The notes beneath the pieces are model-generated. The model was not told where the DNA came from. It saw only the letters and a program-made list of their open reading frames with translations, and ran no database searches. Of a DNA stretch of 46,564 nt, positions 18,114 to 26,783 are shown piece by piece. Location: the NCBI GenBank assembly GCA_001871445.1, contig MNVD01000016.1, positions 1 through 46,564 on the forward strand. The letters are read 5' to 3'. Source of the DNA: Candidatus Magasanikbacteria bacterium CG1_02_41_34 (GTDB lineage Bacteria; Patescibacteriota; Patescibacteriia; Magasanikbacterales; UBA922). Both the position numbers and the translations under genes were made by a program. Each line of letters starts with the position of its first letter. Position 1 is the stretch's first letter.

Positions 18114-18164
18114 TATAAAAAGCATACGTGTGTATGCCTTGAAAAATAATTTACTCCAACAATC

Positions 18165-18881
18165 CTATTTTTTGATCAGTCCATCTTTTGCAAAACGACG
18201 GTGCACCACAAGGGAATCTTTTTCAATCAAACCATCTCGAAGCAACACAATACGTTTTGCATGATCGGCTGTATCTTGTTCGTGCGTGACCATGATAATG
18301 GTTCTACCTTCTTCATTGAGCTGTTGTAAAATCTGCATTATATGTGTGCCAGTTTTACTATCCAAATTTCCTGTTGGTTCATCTGCAAAAATAACGTCAG
18401 GGTCATTCACAATTGCTCGCGCAATGGCAACGCGTTGTTTTTCTCCTCCTGAAAGTTGATTTGACGTGCTAGTGATGCGATAGCTGAGATCTACTGACGC
18501 AATCGCATCTTGTACCTCTTTCTCTCCCCGTGATTTATGAGAGTATAAGAGTGGCAGTGCCACATTTTCATATACCGTTGTACGAGGTAATAAATTAAAT
18601 GCCTGAAAGACAAACCCTATTTTTTCATTCCTCATATTGGCAAGTTTATCTGTTGCGAGTGTGGTGACATCTGTCCCTTCAAAAAAATAAGTACCGCTTG
18701 TCAGATTATCCAAAAAACTCAAAATGTGCATGAATGTAGATTTTCCAGATCCACTTGGCCCCATGATCGCGACAAAATCTCCTTTATCAATCGTCAGATC
18801 AATACCATGAAGAACCGGTGTTTCTATATCACCAGTCACATACGTTTTTTTCAAATTCTTTATGTCCATTAAGTGGGGCAT
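18165..18881 (-). CDS. MacB/LolD-type ABC ATP-binding protein
   Basis: [33 protein letters not shown]. Confidence 0.95.
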   Translation of the reverse strand: MPHLMDIKNLKKTYVTGDIETPVLHGIDLTIDKGDFVAIMGPSGSGKSTFMHILSFLDNLTSGTYFFEGTDVTTLATDKLANMRNEKIGFVFQAFNLLPRTTVYENVALPLLYSHKSRGEKEVQDAIASVDLSYRITSTSNQLSGGEKQRVAIARAIVNDPDVIFADEPTGNLDSKTGTHIMQILQQLNEEGRTIIMVTHEQDTADHAKRIVLLRDGLIEKDSLVVHRRFAKDGLIKK

Positions 18882-18917
18882 ACAAAAAAAGGTTCTCCAC
18901 TTCAGAAAGAAAAACAA

Positions 18918-20747
18918 TTAACTTTCTTTCAAAAAAGTAACAATGACTTCACCTTCACTCAGTCCTAAGGTGATCTCTACCAACCCATCGTCCCCCACGA
19001 GCCCTGTTTCTACACTGCGTTCTTCAAACACACCGTTTGTTGCATCTTTCACAACACGAACAATTTTTGTACCATCTTTTGTGAGTACGGCTCGTCGTGG
19101 AATCACAAGCACACCATCGTTACTATTTGTTAATATATCAACATTTGCCGTCATGCCCGTTCGAATATCATATTGTTCCTCTGGGTGATCAAACAAAATA
19201 GTTGTCTTGTAATATACGACACCAGAAATTTCAGTCTGTGCTGGCTCGATTTTCACCACGTGTCCAGTAAAAAGGACATCATCACCATATGCATCGAGCG
19301 TAATGTCAACAGAATCATCAACAGACACTTTCGCAATATCAGCTTCTGAAATATCTACTTTGATAGTAAATCCCGCAGAAATAATACCAATCACATCTTG
19401 ATTGGCCATGACATTTTCACCAACCTCAACATCGAGCTTACTCACTACACCATCTGAAAGAGCAATAAGCTCAGTTTTGGAAAGGTCATCCCTTGCAGCA
19501 GATAACGATGCAGATTGACGCGCAACATCTGCCCTGAGAGAAGCAAGATCAACATTACGTGGTGGCGCAACAAAATCATCATAACTTGCTTGTGCTTGAA
19601 GAAGATTTGCTTCCTGTGCACTGACCTGCGCCTTGGCAACCGCAATATCTGCCTCAGCTTGTTTTTTTGCCTGTTCAAAATCTAACACGGCTTTATCATA
19701 GGCTATGTTATATGATGTAAGCGAAATTCGCGCACTTGCAATAGCTTGAACACTATTTGTTACATTTGTTGTACTTGTATCGATATATCCCTGAACCGTC
19801 GTGATACCAGACTTCAAAGTATCAAGCTCAGACTGAGAAAGGTTACCAATTGGTCTAGTGGCATTGAGCGTTTGCTGAACATAAAATAAGAGTGTCTGCA
19901 TGCTGGACAAGGATATTACTATACTGAGATGAGATGCATCCACCGCAGTATGATCATTTGCACTAGACAGAGACAACACTAAATTCTCCGCACGTATCTT
20001 GTCAGATTTTGCAGTATAATACGCATTTTTGGCTTGATTTAGTGAAGACGAATCAAGTACACTGAGCACTGTTTCAAAATCATCATTTGCAAAAATATTA
20101 TCAACTCCTAAAATATTATCAGCTTCAGTAAGAGCATTTCCAAGATTTGTGACAGCAGATTTGAGCGCATTCACCAAATCAGCATACGCATTGCTTACAA
20201 GTTCACTATCTTCTCCATCTGCCACGAGCTGCAAATTATTTTTTGCAGTGTCAACGACTTTTTCTGCCGAAAAAATACTTGCTGACGCTTGTGCTTCAAT
20301 TTTTGAAAGATTAGCTTTTGATTGATCTAGAGAAGCCTCTGCTTGCGCAACGGCTGCAGCTGATTTTTGTTTTCCTTCATCGCTGGGGCCTGCCAATTCC
20401 AAATTCAATCTTGCTTGTGCAGAAGAAAGCGAGGCAAGCGCTTCGTTGTATCTTGCTTGCTGTTGTGTGTTTGCAACGCGCGCAATGACATCAGTCGACG
20501 TAACAACGTCACCAACATGTTTTATAATATCACTCACTTTTCCACCTGTTTCCCATCCATAGGTCAACTCAAGTGATGCTTCAACAGACCCTGTTTCACT
20601 GACCGTTTGTTTCAAATCAATGCGTTCTACAGGTTGACTCGAAAATTCTGGAACAGGTATTTTCCGAGATCTAGCAAACATAATACCACCCAGAACAATG
20701 AGAAGTACGATTGTGACAATCATCCATTTCTTTTTAAAAAAATTCAT
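18918..20747 (-). CDS. MacA/HlyD-type membrane fusion (adaptor) protein with very long helical region
   Basis: N-terminal TM, lipoyl-like halves (GGKVSDIIKHVGDVV; SDGVVSKLDVEVGE), beta-barrel and MP domain (VETGLVGDDGLVEITLGLSEGE). Confidence 0.88.
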   Translation of the reverse strand: MNFFKKKWMIVTIVLLIVLGGIMFARSRKIPVPEFSSQPVERIDLKQTVSETGSVEASLELTYGWETGGKVSDIIKHVGDVVTSTDVIARVANTQQQARYNEALASLSSAQARLNLELAGPSDEGKQKSAAAVAQAEASLDQSKANLSKIEAQASASIFSAEKVVDTAKNNLQLVADGEDSELVSNAYADLVNALKSAVTNLGNALTEADNILGVDNIFANDDFETVLSVLDSSSLNQAKNAYYTAKSDKIRAENLVLSLSSANDHTAVDASHLSIVISLSSMQTLLFYVQQTLNATRPIGNLSQSELDTLKSGITTVQGYIDTSTTNVTNSVQAIASARISLTSYNIAYDKAVLDFEQAKKQAEADIAVAKAQVSAQEANLLQAQASYDDFVAPPRNVDLASLRADVARQSASLSAARDDLSKTELIALSDGVVSKLDVEVGENVMANQDVIGIISAGFTIKVDISEADIAKVSVDDSVDITLDAYGDDVLFTGHVVKIEPAQTEISGVVYYKTTILFDHPEEQYDIRTGMTANVDILTNSNDGVLVIPRRAVLTKDGTKIVRVVKDATNGVFEERSVETGLVGDDGLVEITLGLSEGEVIVTFLKES

Positions 20748-20821
20748 ACGCCTGTATCATACCGTATTTTTGAGTAAAAAAGAAGAACATATTCGTGCAT
20801 ATCCTGTGACAACAACTATGA

Positions 20822-20850
20822 TTGACAAAAGCCAGAAACTGTGCTATAGT
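20822..20850 (+). promoter_or_regulatory. Sigma70-type promoter of rnpB
   Basis: TTGACA-17 nt-TATAGT with extended -10 TG. Confidence 0.85.
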
Positions 20851-20856
20851 TCTGTG

Positions 20857-21317
20857 GCTCTATACAACGTGATCGCTCGACCTCTGGGTCGAGAGGAAAG
20901 TCCGAACTCCTTCCCGACAGTGTCGGGAATCGTGATAGTGGGTAACACCCACCTGCCGGTATGTGAATATCTGGTACGGGCCAGTGCCACAGAGACAATA
21001 CTATCCCGACAGTGTCGGGAGAAACGTGAAAAGTGAACGGATGTTTTTATTCTATAGATAAAAGCTACTGTTCTCGTCTCGATAGCAATGTCGAGATGTG
21101 GTAAACCCTATCTGGAGAAAGTGCAGTGTTCCTTTGCTAAAGCTTCGAAACATAAACTTAATTACATATACATTGTATATGTATGGCGCTTGTGAGCCGT
21201 AGCTTTAGCGGAGGTTCAAAAAGTTAGCACGTGAAGATTTCATTAGTAATAATGAAACAAGAGAAATGATCACTCCCGACATCGTCGGGATACAAAATTC
21301 GGCTTATTGTATAGAGC
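20857..21317 (+). ncRNA. rnpB: RNase P RNA (type A-like)
   Basis: P1 GCTCTATACAA/TTGTATAGAGC, P2 GTGATC/GATCAC, P3 hairpin, GAGGAAAGTCC, GCCACAGAGA, GTGAAA, GGTAAACCC, P18 with GTAA tetraloop, ACAAAATTCGGCTTA. Confidence 0.95.
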
Positions 21318-21353
21318 AACAAAAAAACAGTCATGTAGACTGTTTTTTTGTTG
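21317..21353. terminator. Bidirectional terminator between rnpB and tRNA-Leu
   Basis: CAACAAAAAAACAGTC-ATGTA-GACTGTTTTTTTGTTG. Confidence 0.85.
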
Positions 21354-21437
21354 GTGCGCGGGAGAGGAGTCGAACCTCCATGCCCTTGCGAGCGTTACCA
21401 CCTCAAGGTAGTGCGTCTACCATTTCGCCACCCGCGC
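21352..21437 (-). tRNA. tRNA-Leu(GAG)
   Basis: GCGCGGG acceptor, TGG D-loop, anticodon loop TTGAGGT, long variable arm, GGTTCGACTCC, encoded CCA. Confidence 0.95.
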
Positions 21438-21494
21438 ATATCATGAATCATGAAACGTATAACAACGTATTGCTACACATTTTTTGAATCATGA

Positions 21495-22256
21495 TCAAAA
21501 TTTTCTTTCTCTTCCTACGATCATCTCAATTCTTTTTTTTGCCAACTTGATCGTAATTTTTGTTTCTTTTGATTCTTTTCCATCTGCTTCAACAACAAAT
21601 GGTTTTCTACTTGTCACGACCATTTCTTCAAATGGAAAAATACTTGGCTCATCGTACTTTTCTTTTATAATACCCTTCCCTACTACAGGTCGGAGAAACG
21701 CTTCTAATTTTCCATCTTGAGGATGTACGACAATATCTTGACTCTTTCGAGATTTCCATGTATATGGTTGCAAATTGCAGACAACCAACTCAATCTTCCC
21801 CTTTGTAGAAGAAACTTTAAATTGTTCATCATATTCGACGGTGATATCACTTGGTGGGATATGAAGTCGTGATACAAAATACCGATTGTTAAACCAACCA
21901 ACGTCGAGCTTCACCTTTCTTCGTCTAGAAAGAACATCGCATGCTTCCAAGCCCACAGGTATACCAAGTACCTTGGCAATGCTATTGTCTGCTCCTACTG
22001 GCAAAAATCCAAAAGGTACATCACACACAGCAGCCTTTGAAAGCACACTACCAAACGTCTTGTCGTCACCAACAATAACAATGGTAGATGCCCCTCTTCG
22101 AATCTCTTCATTGATCACTGATTCAGCATTGGTAAGGTGCTGAAGCCGAATAATCTTACCAGCAATACCAAAATCTGTCAACCTTGTTTCGATCGTACTC
22201 AGAAGACTATCGTATTTTCTGCTCCTCAAAAAATTGTCGTAAAGATAAAGGTACAT
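21495..22256 (-). CDS. Diacylglycerol-kinase-family-like protein with degenerate ATP motif
   Basis: IVIVGDDKTF in place of GGDGT; GFLPVG..N.IAKVLGIP; LDVGWFNNRYF; EADG. Confidence 0.75.
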   Translation of the reverse strand: MYLYLYDNFLRSRKYDSLLSTIETRLTDFGIAGKIIRLQHLTNAESVINEEIRRGASTIVIVGDDKTFGSVLSKAAVCDVPFGFLPVGADNSIAKVLGIPVGLEACDVLSRRRKVKLDVGWFNNRYFVSRLHIPPSDITVEYDEQFKVSSTKGKIELVVCNLQPYTWKSRKSQDIVVHPQDGKLEAFLRPVVGKGIIKEKYDEPSIFPFEEMVVTSRKPFVVEADGKESKETKITIKLAKKRIEMIVGRERKF

Positions 22257-22339
22257 AGCAAAGAAGAAATCTGTATAGCGAGTAGAAAAAAATCACAGAA
22301 GGACAGGCCATTGTGACATGTAGGAGACACGCAGATTCC

Positions 22340-22816
22340 CTAAGCCTGTTCTTCTTGATCTTCCTGTTTTGATGAACGTCTGGTACGCACTGCAGATCTT
22401 TGAGATCCGTCTTCTTCTCCACCAGCAATAGAAACACCATTCATCATCACTTTTCCTTGTACCAATGCCCCTGGTTCGACGACAAGAATACTGCAAGTAA
22501 TATCACCCAGAATTTGTGCAGAAGAAGTAAGTTCAATCCTATCTTCCACCTTGACACTGCCTTTTATATTGCCAGAAATATGTGCACTTCCTGCACGAAC
22601 ATTAGCAAGAATTTGTGCACCTTTTTCTACAGTAAGTAGTTTACTTGTTTTTACATTTCCAGAAACACTTCCCTTTACGAGGATATTCCCTTCAGAAGCA
22701 AAGTCTCCTTCTACATGCACAGAAGGTCCAACGACAGTCTCAACGTCGTCGTTATCTGGAGATGTTGGGGCATGGTATTCTGTATCCATAGGCGGTGGGG
22801 TTGATTTTTGAAACAT
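22340..22816 (-). CDS. Bactofilin (polymer-forming cytoskeletal protein)
   Basis: TVVGPSVHVEGDFASEGNILVKGSVSGNV...VVEPGALVQGKVMM beta-helix. Confidence 0.9.
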   Translation of the reverse strand: MFQKSTPPPMDTEYHAPTSPDNDDVETVVGPSVHVEGDFASEGNILVKGSVSGNVKTSKLLTVEKGAQILANVRAGSAHISGNIKGSVKVEDRIELTSSAQILGDITCSILVVEPGALVQGKVMMNGVSIAGGEEDGSQRSAVRTRRSSKQEDQEEQA

Positions 22817-22881
22817 ATCAAGTAAAGATTAGGAAATGTGAAGGTATAGTACACCAAACATATCAATTTGAAAAGAGAAGA

Positions 22882-24591
22882 TTATACCACAGAGGCAAGG
22901 GTAAATGTGTCTTTCTTAGGAATAGCAATATCAGTCTCGTGTTCCTCCAAATCACTCGGCTGCATTATCTTTGGCACAGCACCTTTTTGATATGGAATCC
23001 AAAATCCAAATTCGCTTCCCTTTCCAGTTCCTTTACTTTTTGCCCAGACATGACCACCATGCGTTTCAATAAACTTTCTACACACATAAATGCCCAATCC
23101 AGTTCCATTAACATTTGTGCCTTCTACATTTTTTCCTCTATAAAATTTTTGGAAAAAGTTTGCTTCATCTTCCTTACCAAACCCAATTCCAGTATCTTTG
23201 ACTCTGAGTGTCAGACCTTGCTCGTCAGGTTCGAGCCTAACAGTAATATTTCCTTTTGGTGTGTACTTGATTGCATTGTCTATATAGTTGAATACGACAT
23301 GACGTACTTTTTCATCATCCATATAGATATCTTCCTTTTCTTTTGACGCTTTCCATACTATTTTAAGCTTCTTATCTTTTGCGCGATTTGTGAGTTCTTT
23401 GACAACGCTTGTCACCAACTCATTCATATCATATGTGTCAAAAGAAAATTTTGTACGACCTTGCTCGATACGGGTAATATCGAGAAAATCATCAACAAGT
23501 TTGACAAGTCGTTCATTACTTTCATCCATATCGCCCAATATCTCTCTCATTTTTTTTGTAACTTTTCCATACGCACCATCCGATATCAATTCTAAATATC
23601 CTTTAATAATAGAAAGCGGAGTACGAAGTTGGTGTGATGCAATAGAAAGAAATTCAGTCTTTTGACGGTCGAGCTCTTGAAGACGCAGGTTGGCTTGTTC
23701 AAGTGATTTTGCTAATTTTGTGACTTCTTTTCTCCGAGTGACTTCTTCACGTACTGAACGAACTAACATCACACCAAATACAATCATAATACCCAATGCA
23801 ACAAGACGATATATCAACTCAAGTACTGAACTCGATAAAAATGTATCTGCAAGTAATATGATAAAAAATAATGCTGCAAATAACTCTGCGGTTATAACTT
23901 GCACATTCAAGAGTTTATATTTCAAAATTGCATATACCGTTAACATGAAATAGACAACCACAAGTCCATTTCCCCACGGTGCAACAGGGACATTAAACCA
24001 AAGCAGATAATTTGTTGAGCCTCCGATAAATCCGATAAATCCTCCAGCTGCCAAAAGCATGAGTTGCCGTCGCCTATTTCCCTGTGCATGATGATATCCA
24101 CGTATCAACAAAAATGTTGCATACATAAATTCAAAACCAAATCCAATCAAAAAAGGCAAATAAAAAGGTCCAGGAACAGGCCAAAAATCAAACAATAACC
24201 GAGGTTCAACACCTGCGACAAAATATGGTGTCATGTCGACAAGAAGCCAAAAAAAGGAAAAAACATACAAAATTCTTAACGTAATTTTGTAAAATGACTG
24301 GGAAGACAGTCCCAAAAAATTGATGACAAGATGGATGTAAAAAAGTGCTGTTAAAATAGCACCAGCCATAAGCACTCGGGACCAAAAAAGTGCACTATCA
24401 GGAGTGTCTGCCAACTGCCAAAAAAAATATCCATAACTCCATAAACCAATCGCAATACAAAAACGAAAAATATCACGTGCTTGTTTTGCTGTTTTTCCTA
24501 CAGACACTATGTATATACCAACAACACTACTCGTTACAGCATTGATAAGTGCACTCAGAGGAAAATAAAATTTGAAACTTTCACCAATCAT
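22882..24591 (-). CDS. Sensor histidine kinase with N-terminal multi-TM (HisKA_7TM-like) domain
   Basis: About 7-8 TM segments, ASHQLRTPL H-box, NYIDNAIKY N-box, DTGIG, GTGLG. Confidence 0.93.
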   Translation of the reverse strand: MIGESFKFYFPLSALINAVTSSVVGIYIVSVGKTAKQARDIFRFCIAIGLWSYGYFFWQLADTPDSALFWSRVLMAGAILTALFYIHLVINFLGLSSQSFYKITLRILYVFSFFWLLVDMTPYFVAGVEPRLLFDFWPVPGPFYLPFLIGFGFEFMYATFLLIRGYHHAQGNRRRQLMLLAAGGFIGFIGGSTNYLLWFNVPVAPWGNGLVVVYFMLTVYAILKYKLLNVQVITAELFAALFFIILLADTFLSSSVLELIYRLVALGIMIVFGVMLVRSVREEVTRRKEVTKLAKSLEQANLRLQELDRQKTEFLSIASHQLRTPLSIIKGYLELISDGAYGKVTKKMREILGDMDESNERLVKLVDDFLDITRIEQGRTKFSFDTYDMNELVTSVVKELTNRAKDKKLKIVWKASKEKEDIYMDDEKVRHVVFNYIDNAIKYTPKGNITVRLEPDEQGLTLRVKDTGIGFGKEDEANFFQKFYRGKNVEGTNVNGTGLGIYVCRKFIETHGGHVWAKSKGTGKGSEFGFWIPYQKGAVPKIMQPSDLEEHETDIAIPKKDTFTLASVV

Positions 24592-24663
24592 AGTAATAGT
24601 ATTTTACCATAAAAATAAAAAAAACGCGTTATGCGTTTATCTGTATATCTATGTTGGTGAAGA

Positions 24664-24696
24664 GCGGTGCGCAAGGACGGGATCCTTGCGCACCGC
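24664..24696. other. Perfect 14-bp GC-rich hairpin directly after the methyltransferase stop
   Basis: GCGGTGCGCAAGGA-CGGGA-TCCTTGCGCACCGC. Confidence 0.8.
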
Positions 24697-24706
24697 TTCG
24701 TGTTGC

Positions 24707-25795
24707 TTACCGGCTGTACTTCAGCCGACACAGCGACACAGGGTGAATTCGATGCCCCTCGATGATGAGCCGGATCTCATCATCGAGGAAGCCACCGAGT
24801 AGTAGCAACCTCATGTAGTGAACAGCCGTCCGTCGCTCCATGAAGTGCCACCGGTGCACCTCAGCCGTGACGAAGGACCAGATGCCAGCGGGCGCAATGT
24901 GCGCCGCGATGTAGAGCCCCCCCAGCTTGAGGAGGGAGAGGACATCACGAGTGAGACGGATGACCGACTCTTCTGTCCGGTAGTCGAGAAACCCGACCAT
25001 TTCGACGATGTCCCAGCTGTGACTGTTCCTCTGGCTGGAAAGGAAATTCCGAAGGTTCATCTCCATGATGATGACCCTGTTGGAGGCGCCACGTGCTTGG
25101 GCAAGCCGAGCTGCGCGTCGCAGCGAAGGCTTGCTCAAATCTACGAGCGTCAGGGTAATGTCAGCATCTGGATGGGCCCTCAGGAAAGTAGCGAGTGCTT
25201 CTATCGAGGCCTGCGCCGAACCGCACGCAAGCGACAGGACCCGAAACTCCCGCTGTCCAGTCTTCCACAGACGCTCCAGTTCTCCGAACATCTGCTGGTA
25301 CGTTATACGGAGCCTATTCCTTACACTAGATGCATCTGGCTGCCAGAACCAGAACTGCGCTACCTTGTCACGCCAGTTCTTTGCCTCAGCCAAGATGATG
25401 GGTGCAGCGTAGGTCGCATCGAGCGCTTCGCTGGTGGTGACTCCCCGACGGATCTGGCGAGCAAGCCAGTGTATCCGGTCGAAGAACAACGATCCATTGA
25501 CGGGTCCAAGACCCCAATGGGCCTTGTCCATCCACCTATATGGCAAACCAATCGTGAATCTCCACAGCCAGGCTAAGAGCCACATCCAGACCGCCAAGGC
25601 GCCGACGGCGAGTTTCACCCACCACTTCTGGTAGATGGCTCGTGGCTCCTCGAGGGCCATGTGCTCGGGATGCCCGAGTATGGAAGACTCAATCGCGAGC
25701 GAGTCATCCGCCGCAGTGACTTGCATCACGGCTGCGATCCGCTCATGCGCGAGCATGTCACTGTGCCGAACAATTACTTGAGCTTGCGTATTCAT
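24707..25795 (-). CDS. GC-rich class I SAM methyltransferase with N-terminal hydrophobic segment (possibly PhcB-like)
   Basis: SVRNRL...RVLSLACGSA...LVDLS...DIVEMVGFLDY...LKLGG; GGAGG SD before ATG 25795; 63% GC in a hand-counted sample line versus 25% in a kinase line. Confidence 0.8.
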   Translation of the reverse strand: MNTQAQVIVRHSDMLAHERIAAVMQVTAADDSLAIESSILGHPEHMALEEPRAIYQKWWVKLAVGALAVWMWLLAWLWRFTIGLPYRWMDKAHWGLGPVNGSLFFDRIHWLARQIRRGVTTSEALDATYAAPIILAEAKNWRDKVAQFWFWQPDASSVRNRLRITYQQMFGELERLWKTGQREFRVLSLACGSAQASIEALATFLRAHPDADITLTLVDLSKPSLRRAARLAQARGASNRVIIMEMNLRNFLSSQRNSHSWDIVEMVGFLDYRTEESVIRLTRDVLSLLKLGGLYIAAHIAPAGIWSFVTAEVHRWHFMERRTAVHYMRLLLLGGFLDDEIRLIIEGHRIHPVSLCRLKYSR

Positions 25796-25885
25796 CTAGA
25801 CCTCCGAAGGTTCGAGAAATATAGAGGATCATTCCTCCAAGAGAATGCATGGAGCATACGTATTCTCTTGGAAAAACGATGTGTG

Positions 25886-25914
25886 AACCTATCATGGCAA
25901 ACCAATTCTGTCAA
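25886..25914 (-). promoter_or_regulatory. Sigma70-type promoter of the methyltransferase
   Basis: TTGACA-17 nt-TAGGTT with upstream TG. Confidence 0.65.
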
Positions 25915-26005
25915 TATCGGAAATCAAGGACCAAAAAACCATGGAGAAATACTCTCGGCATGGTTCTTTTGTAACAAACACAAATTGTAGATAACACATG
26001 TGTTG

Positions 26006-26380
26006 CTATACTCTATCTCGAAATCTTCCGAGTGTAATATCTACGGCATGATATATCCTTTGTATTGTTTCTTCTGGCAATTCTGCCTTCTTTGCAACAA
26101 TATGTGTTCTGTCTACAGTCTCGAGCTTATGGAGCATACAGATACCATCTTTCCCGAGACCAGTCTCTTCTTTGGGGAGCAGTACTTCATTTACAAATAC
26201 GTCATCGCCCTTTTTGTATGGTTCAACTTTTGCACAAATGACTGTTGGAAGCCCCTGATTCAATGCATCATCCTGAATAATCACAGCGGCATGTTCACGT
26301 GTTCTCTTTTCTTCAGAAAAAAGGACAATGTCACCCCGACGTATTGCTCCGCAGTACATGTTGTCAAAATCAAAGGACAT
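26006..26380 (-). CDS. PemK/MazF-like toxin
   Basis: IRRGDIVL, VIIQDDALN..LPTVI, ETGL.KDG..MLHKLETVD; follows a 64-aa ORF. Confidence 0.8.
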   Translation of the reverse strand: MSFDFDNMYCGAIRRGDIVLFSEEKRTREHAAVIIQDDALNQGLPTVICAKVEPYKKGDDVFVNEVLLPKEETGLGKDGICMLHKLETVDRTHIVAKKAELPEETIQRIYHAVDITLGRFRDRV

Positions 26381-26389
26381 ACATTAACA

Positions 26390-26584
26390 TTATTGTCTTG
26401 ATTTTCCAACTTTTTGTAACTCTTTTTCCATTTTTTCTATTTCTGCTTGATGTTTGTGTGACAAAATACATTCCTCTACAAATCGGCTACGCTGCCCATG
26501 TGGAAATGCTTTTCGAAAATAAGCAGCAACAGGCTTTGGGAGTTTGAGTGTCACTCGTTCGATTGTATCCACCACCTTTACCAT
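26390..26584 (-). CDS. Putative ribbon-helix-helix antitoxin
   Basis: RVTLKLP beta-ribbon, RSRFVEECI helix, 9 bp upstream of the toxin. Confidence 0.7.
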   Translation of the reverse strand: MVKVVDTIERVTLKLPKPVAAYFRKAFPHGQRSRFVEECILSHKHQAEIEKMEKELQKVGKSRQ

Positions 26585-26611
26585 AAGACGAAATGTTATA
26601 TAAAAAAAGTA

Positions 26612-26642
26612 TACACCTCATAAGGTGTACTACAAAGGTGTA
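26612..26642. promoter_or_regulatory. Candidate TA operator within promoter
   Basis: TACACCT-CATA-AGGTGTA inverted repeat plus a third AGGTGTA half-site, immediately upstream of a minus-strand TATACT -10. Confidence 0.6.
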
Positions 26643-26643
26643 C

Positions 26644-26652
26644 TGTGGATAA
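26644..26652 (-). promoter_or_regulatory. Single consensus DnaA box
   Basis: TTATCCACA on the minus strand. Confidence 0.45.
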
Positions 26653-26783
26653 CAAGTCAATTAACTATTAACAACTAGCAAATTGTATGAAGACTGTGTT
26701 TTACCGTTAATTGTTTGTGACAAAAAAACACCGGCATACACCGATGTTCGTACTTTCGTAATAGTTCAGAGTTCGTACTCTGT

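Noticed and set aside
24818-25576. 252-aa and 115-aa plus-strand ORFs
   Set aside because: Antisense shadows in the GC-rich methyltransferase.
26644-26652. oriC
   Set aside because: Only one perfect DnaA box, no cluster, and no dnaA/dnaN nearby.
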